From Macrostomum hystrix (lineage: Eukaryota; Animalia; Platyhelminthes): 64,000 nucleotides of DNA. How positions within the stretch are numbered: position 1 is the first letter of the stretch; each line of letters starts with the position of its first letter. The notes under the pieces were generated by a model. The model did no database searches. It worked only from the letters and a program-made list of their open reading frames with translations, and had not been told where the DNA came from. Below, piece by piece: positions 56,931-64,000 of this stretch. A program made the position numbers and the translations under genes. The stretch spans positions 3,720,001 through 3,784,000 of the forward strand of contig CATNEN010000012.1 of the NCBI GenBank assembly GCA_950097015.1, written 5' to 3'.

Positions 56931-59900
56931 GAATCTAACCTACCATATTTATACTCCAGTGCCGTGAAATTACGAAATAACTGCGGACACTGGTATTTTA
57001 GGCCGCAAATTTCTATTGCAGTGAATTCGCTCTTAATTGTGCCGTGGTTAATTTCCTTCTAATACAAAATGTAGTATTATGTGTTTACCAAAGTTTTTCG
57101 TTGTAGCTTTTGCAATCAGAGAAAACTACGAGTACTATACTAAATCTTACGTCTATGGCAACCAAAAAATGCGTTTTGCATGGATCTGCTGAAACGAGCA
57201 CAGCCGAGTATATACAGTATGTAGCTTAATTTTATGAAGAATTACCATGCAAAAGCAACTGTGCATAGGAATTATCTTCACATTCGCTCGGATTCCACTG
57301 GTTAAAAATGCTGGTATGTCCATTTGCTCAGAGCTGCCATGTGCAGTTTTTTATTAATTAGAGCGTTCTGATGACTACAATAAGTTGCTGTCCTTTATTC
57401 ATGATAATATTGCGTCATATATACATTGTAAAAATAAAACTAGAGAATATGGTATACCATGTGCATGTACAAATTTTATGTTCTCATTCCCATACGTCTC
57501 TTTCTTTGTGTCCTGCTATACTACTCGTAACTATACACCAACGGTAGAGGCAGCTGCCGTCCAGTATTTCTGCTCCGCCGTTAACATTGATTACCCCTCA
57601 GCACAACCAAGCATACACACCTGACCTGCCAGCTAGTAGGACACGCTGTTCAGGGCTCCCAACAAAATTACGCACTTAAATTGCGAGATTACTCGTAGAC
57701 GACCTCAAACACCTGCTTGCGATCGTGCTCATCCGAGTTCTTAGTTGTTATGGGCTGGATGCCTTGGACAACGTCCAAGCCTTCCTTCTGGCCTCAACCG
57801 CAATCATTCACCAATTAAAGGACTAGGAGGATAAGTAGAAGCACGGTGCACAGCTAGCACAGACTCTTTTATAACTGATTTTCAAAATGCCTTCATTTCT
57901 TTATATCTGCATACATGTTGAATATAATCCACAATGCATGAGATAAGTCAAAGCGAACAATTTTGGCTGCAGCTACATCGATGCACACAAAAAGTACAGC
58001 AGTAAAGTACAGGTGCTTCGAATTCATTTCTCTATTGAGATTCGACGGCTTTTAAGATCAGAAATGTTTAAAGTTTTTAAATTTCTAGTAAGCAACATTA
58101 TGCATGATATTTGATATAACAGACTTTAGGGGATAATAATTTTTTAGAATAATGTAATGCCCTTTCCTTACCCGATTCCACTTCGCATGCCTTACTCATC
58201 CCCATGTATTGATCATGGACGTCAGTATTATTTTTCTATAAAAGTGGGTGCTAAATTATATGCGCGCTTTTTGTCTGTCTAATTTCATCCAACCTTCCCC
58301 TTTTGGCGATTTATGGTTTTCCCCCCACCTTCGAAATTTACCCACCTGATCCCTAGCTCCCTCTTCCATTTCGTTTATACTAATTAGTCATGCATATATA
58401 CGCAATATGATAAGGTTATAACTTTATGAAGTCCGTACACCGCTTAATTTACTGTCTCCTGGCTGAGTGTATTGTAATGTAATATAGTGGATAGTGGAAT
58501 ATGCCTTTACGTGCTTCCAATCTAAATAGTACCCTCTCCCTCACCTATTTTCTCAACGTTGTAACTATTATTGTATAACAGGTTGATTTTGGACCAATTA
58601 TGTAAGACTAAAAGCTTACTAATTGGTGGATTTTAATTCTATAATTTACTAGATAATATAATGTTTAAAGACAACTAAAAAAATTACATTGTTGTTAGAA
58701 TGTCAACGTAACTTTTTGCTCCCTCTGTATATTTGTAACAACTAAAAACTCCAACAAAATACAAAATAAAGTTGCGAGGATAACTTCTACTGTAAGAATA
58801 TAAGCGAATAACAATTAAGTTCACGTTTGTTCGTCGTAAAGTTATCGTAACTTTTCTACAAAACAAATAGGGCAGCAGTCACCTGATATGGTTCTAGGAA
58901 ACCGAGATAGTCCGGGTGAAGAAATTGTAAAATAAATATACTATAACTGTCTGATATATTTCACTTTTAATAATTTGATCCTTAAGGTAGCTAAGTAGCT
59001 TTTTTTAGTGCTCTTTAGATTTCACTTTAGCTGAGTGTGTTCGGTTTTGCTAAAATATAGGCAGATGAGTCTATATTTAAAAGTAGGACATTAGAATAGA
59101 TGATTACGATAATTAGATTACAATTGCATTACTTTTGTATGTGAGGTGACCCTGATCGAAATACGAAGAAGCATTAAATACTTTTTATATTTTCGTAACC
59201 GAAGTCAGTGAATATATAGAACGAAATTCAGTAGACCACATAGGAAAGAAAGTCAGAAATTGTCTAAAATATAAATGGCATTGAATGCACAAGCCCGAGA
59301 TAATTTTTGTTATCTACTTTCAGCATAGCCATAGGCATAGGGCCATAAGCCTAAAAAGCCAGAAAAGGCACCATTTACTTGAGTAATAAATACATTCCTC
59401 CTGATACAGATAGTCTGTAAAGTGTAAATTAAGCATTAGCACTTTGCCAAATTACATTAAATCATCTTGGCTATACCAATCTGAGTGTATTTACCCAAGT
59501 GCAACTCAAAATCCGACCAGAAAGGAGATGAATTTGAATATTCTTTTCTGTAAGTTCAATTCTGTGTTAATCAACATCTATCAACTTTTTGTCTTCACAC
59601 TTTGTCATACACTTTGCTTATAATCAACCTAATAAAAAATATTTTATTTTAACTTGTTTTATCAACATACAAGTAGTAATTACCAGGCATTTCAGTGCCT
59701 ATGCTTTTTGTTTCTTGGTATTGCTTTTTGGTACCACTTTGATACATTTCCTGTATTGTGCATTTGATGCATTGGTAAGGGCTCCAGTGAGAAATTAAAA
59801 TAAAAATTTCTATATTTTTGGTTTTCTTGTGTTACAGATCTTGCTAGTCTGAGTTAAAAGACACCTCACTCATCAAAATTGGTCAAGTAATAAAAAAGTT

Positions 59901-62579
59901 ATAACAATTTTTTGATCAACATTTTAGTTGTTTTTGTAGTGTATTTTTCCTATAAGGGGCTGTGATCCAGATAACAGGATAGATTTGACTTGAAAAAATT
60001 GCAATGACTTTTTATTTTTAATGGATTTAAATAATTCCAAAAGCATATAGTTTATTTCTTTGTTATCTTCACTATGGAATATATATATCTTCTATAACAC
60101 TCAATATTAAAGTATTAAATTTTGATTTTACATTGACTAGGATTACTATGCTGACAAGACATGTTTATTTGTTTACAATATAAAACTTTTTTGGCTTTAA
60201 AGAAGTGGTAAAGCCATACCTATTCCATAGCTTAACAAATACACCTTGCATAGATTTCAATTTACTATTTACAGTCAATTGCAAAAGCCATCTGAAATGT
60301 GTAAAGGGGGTACATTAGAGAACCATGTTTCTGGGAGATTCTGCTAAAGAAAATAAATAGTTTTGAGTATCATATTCTACATAAAATTCTCTGTAAAATT
60401 TAATGGGATATACTTGGAAAACACTAAAAACAATAGTCAAAAACAGAATATGAAACTTTCAAACAGAAAATTTATAAAGAAATTTTTTTAAACAAATACT
60501 TTTTTTCTTTTATAGAATTTTTTTCTTTTTATGAATATTTACTTTGTTTGACTCAGTATCAACGCATAACTTACATTTTCAAAATCTACCTATGTTTTAA
60601 GTATAAAGTTATTAAAGAACATGAAACATTCTTATCTCACTAGTGCATTTTTGTGACAATCTACCTTCATGTAATTTTTCTAAGAAATGAAGAGTCCTCT
60701 CTTCTAGTGGTCCTTGGTTAAATCCTGCCTAACATTATATGTATAATTGGATGATTTTGGATAACTCGTGAGCTTGATTTGTTTTGATTGAGATATATGC
60801 TACCTTTTATATACATATGCATGCATATAACACACAATTGAAAGCTTCCTACTGTATTAGTAGTACATTTGGTATTATAACAATTGCAATCTATGAGCAT
60901 TTACCACTAAAAACTGTTTGATATAGGCCTAGTGAAAAGAACAAAACAACAAAACAGACACGCAGCTAATTATGCATCGTAATGTTATACAATGTCTATA
61001 CATCTTAGAGTTTCCCATGTTTCCACTTTAAATATTGCATTTGCTGTACTGGTCCAGTTTATTAGTTTTGAAACTAATTGGTTTATTCCTTTTTTAGTTT
61101 TAGTGTTTTAGATGTACTAGGTCTATTTTATAATATTTAATATCCCACTGAATGTCACCAAAGTTGACATTTATATATTTATTTATATAGGCTTATAAGA
61201 AAATCCTACTGCTGTTGTACTAGTGCTAATTACTATTCTAACAAAACTTTCACAATGTTGTTGTATTTCTTATTGTTAATATTCTATGAAAGTTGTTTTA
61301 CACCGGTAGTTTCAATATTTTCTTAGAATTAGTCTCAGAGAATGTATTTATATATTTCAAAGAATTTCTTGGCAGTGTATTTAGTCTTGTAGCATATTTA
61401 GTTATTCTGAGTATTGTATTTAGTTAGTCTAGGTAGGGTATTTAGTTATTCTGGCCAATTACTTTATCATATATATGTATTTTTGAGTATAGGCTTTCCA
61501 AAGAGCATTACCATTGATCTCAAGTGTATAGCAATACTTTCTACTTCTCTCTCTCCTCTTCTCTGGCCCCCGGTGAATTGTTTGTCTCTGTTATTTTTCA
61601 TCTCCACCCACCCATCTATATCCGCTCATTTTTAACTGGCCTTTTGTAGTTCTTGTCCCTCGCTGTGACTCAGCATACTTCAGTGCACTTTTAGCTACTT
61701 ATTAGAGAGAGAGAAGCAGATAAGCATTGCAGAATCCTTCTTAGTATTCGTCTCCATATGTTTTTTTAAAGAATGAAAGAACACTTCTGAGTATTGTATA
61801 CGAACTTTGTATCAAACAGCGTTGAACAAGGTTAGTTTCTCCCTCGTTTTCGCTCCTGTATTTATACTAACTTTGTATTGTGTCAAACAAAATAATTACA
61901 GGGCATTCAAACAAACTATCTTCACATAAAAACTATTTACAAAACTACATAATTTACATGTGGTAAAATAAAATATATACAAAGAAAAGTCTCGGATTTT
62001 CTATTTTACTATATTCGGTCTACATCATGTATGTATGGTTATAAGGGTCTACTGCTTATAGCTAATAAAAATGTATGTAAAATATCGATTTACATTTTTT
62101 AAAGAAACTTTTAATGAGCTCTTTTTGTTTAAAAAAGTATCAAAAAATGGGACAAATAACAAATACTTTAGATGAGTTCTGTCTCGAATAATTTTATTTT
62201 ATTTTATTTGTTTCTAATCTGGAATTTTCATCTTTTTCTTGCTATTTATAAAGTAATTTAGTTCTGTTTGTTTAAAGTTATATATATATATATATTTTAG
62301 CATTCACTTTGTTTAACGAAGTACTATATAAATATCGAAAATAAATTTTATAGTAATACACTATATACTTGATTCTAAGCCTGTGACATCAAGGTCAGAC
62401 ATGAAGCCAAAAAGGTAATGCTGTGTAATAAAATAAAATATCTTAACCATTTTAGGCAGCAAAATGTATCTATTTTCCCACAACAAGCACTTTTTTGATT
62501 ATCTGGTTATTTAATTTTTTAGTGTTTTTTGTTTTTAATGTGTTTTTTAATTATTCTCCATATTTTAATCATTTTTTAG

Positions 62580-63306
62580 CTGGCAAAAAACTTGCTATCA
62601 CGTGTGCAGAGGACTCTTTTGATAGCCTAGCGAAGGCTGTTGCTAAGGAGACCAATGTTCCAGTTGAGCATCAGAAATTAATTTATAAAGGTAATTTTTT
62701 TACACTCATTGTGATTATTTCAATTGTTTAATTTTTCAGTTTACTTTCAGTTTACTCACTTTATTGAATATTGAATATTAACAATGCAAGGCATAGCTAC
62801 TCGTTCCATTTACTCGGAATGAAAGTTAATTGTAAATTCTAAAATATCCCAAACCAGGCAAATCCCTGCAGCCTGGCAGCAGCCTATCACAGCAGGGCCT
62901 CGCCTCCGGCTGCAAGCTGATGCTGATTGGCAGCTGCGAGGAGGTGGCCAGGCCCGACGAATTCGCCGCTCTCGACGCCGTCGATCGAGAGGTGGAAGCG
63001 ATGGAAGCCAAACTGGACGATCTTAACAGTGAGTACGCCAGCTTCGCCAAGGGCTTCACGCCGGACAGCATGCAGCGCCAGGTGGCTCAGTCGCTTTCCA
63101 AGCGCTTGCTGGCCTTCAATGATCGAGGCGAGCGCGGACTGGAACGTCTGGATAGTCTGGCTCTGGGCGAGGCTGCGGCTACGTCGCGAGTTCGAGCCCG
63201 GCGCAAAGATTTAGCCGATAGGCTGCAGGCGATGCTCAACATATCGGATAGTCTGCTGCAGGACCTGCTGCGAATGGCCGCAGAGGCTGGCTTCTCATTG
63301 GACTGA
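62580..63306 (+). CDS. BAG1: BAG1-like co-chaperone (UBL + BAG domain), first coding exon not located
   Basis: Exons 62580-62690 (..NVPVEHQKLIYKG) and 62858-63306 (KSL..GCKLMLIG..KGF..RRKDLADRLQ..*); colinear with BAG1 UBL-BAG. Confidence 0.85.
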
Positions 63307-64000
63307 GCTCAAATGCTCAATGCGTTTTCATAAATACCTTAATGCATTAGTGAAACTATACAGGCTTAGATTTGCCGGCAACTGCGGCGACCCAAGCGAT
63401 GGTTTTGAGTCTGTTGGACTCACCCAAGCTTTAGTTTTTTGTCGATGCAGTAATACAAGTTATAAGTACTTTACTTTAAGGCATCAGTAATGACCTAAAT
63501 GTACTCATGTAGGCTACAGCAATGACCTAAGTGTACTTCTATAGTTTACAGAAATGACCCGAACTGTTGTTGTCTCGGTTACAGCAATGACCTAAATACT
63601 ATAGTCTTGAACTATGATCTAAATAGATGTTGGTTTTGCTGCTGTCGAGATATCTTAGTTTCCGTTCGTTGACCAAAAGTGCACGAATTTCTTTAAGAAA
63701 GAAAAAGGCAACTCGCATTAACATTCATTACTCTGTATCTCTGTCACTTAAGTTTCTTAATAGTTCACACGCTGTTAAAGTGCATCCTGTGTCCTGTACT
63801 GATGCATTGTGTTAGTGACCAGCTCCAGTATCAGCCAGCTTCCTGCACTTCCAGTTCTTGTTAAAGTGTAAGACGAACTCTTAAATTGAGAAATACACTG
63901 CAGTCTGCAGACATCAGCAGCTAATGAGTTCTAGTGCTGCTTTATTCGTGTCAAGTAGAGTTTCTTTTGTAACTCTTTGCCAGCAAACAGAAATTTACGA

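Noticed and set aside
57625-57870. Possible additional SINE remnant (gaaggcttggacgttgtcc on the - strand)
   Set aside because: Only a short similarity; no Pol III boxes, tail or TSD.
62401-62414. ATGAAGCCAAAAAG|GT as the BAG1 first coding exon
   Set aside because: Phase 2 is incompatible with the phase-1 acceptor at 62580 and gives an early stop; the start remains unresolved.
12780-63306. Functional cell-death cluster (ANK-caspase, IBTK, BAG1, Src kinase)
   Set aside because: The genes are on mixed strands, far apart and interspersed with housekeeping genes; adjacency in an animal genome is not evidence of a pathway.

Overview
This is a eukaryotic (animal) genomic window with spliced genes. 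The style (GC-rich exons with polyQ/A/G tracts, introns filled with minisatellites) suggests a free-living flatworm such as Macrostomum; that assignment is inference only. Genes in order: tyrosine hydroxylase (+, 5' end unresolved); a 676-aa caspase whose prodomain is about 10 ankyrin repeats (+); IBTK (-); TBC1D23 (-); dyskerin/DKC1 (+); a single-exon orphan ORF (+); a Src-family kinase (+); BAG1 (+). Introns downstream of the DKC1 stop codon carry two U27/SNORD27-type box C/D snoRNAs and a third candidate. Mobile DNA: an intact-ORF RTE non-LTR element, an internally deleted Ty3/Gypsy LTR element inside the caspase gene, tRNA-derived SINEs, and a 40-45 kb nest of MULE and hAT MITEs plus a Penelope fragment with a minimal hammerhead ribozyme. 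Most long ORFs in the supplied track over repeats are artefacts. Top leads are the ankyrin-caspase architecture and the DKC1-linked snoRNA cluster. All exon coordinates were read by hand and need RNA-seq confirmation.
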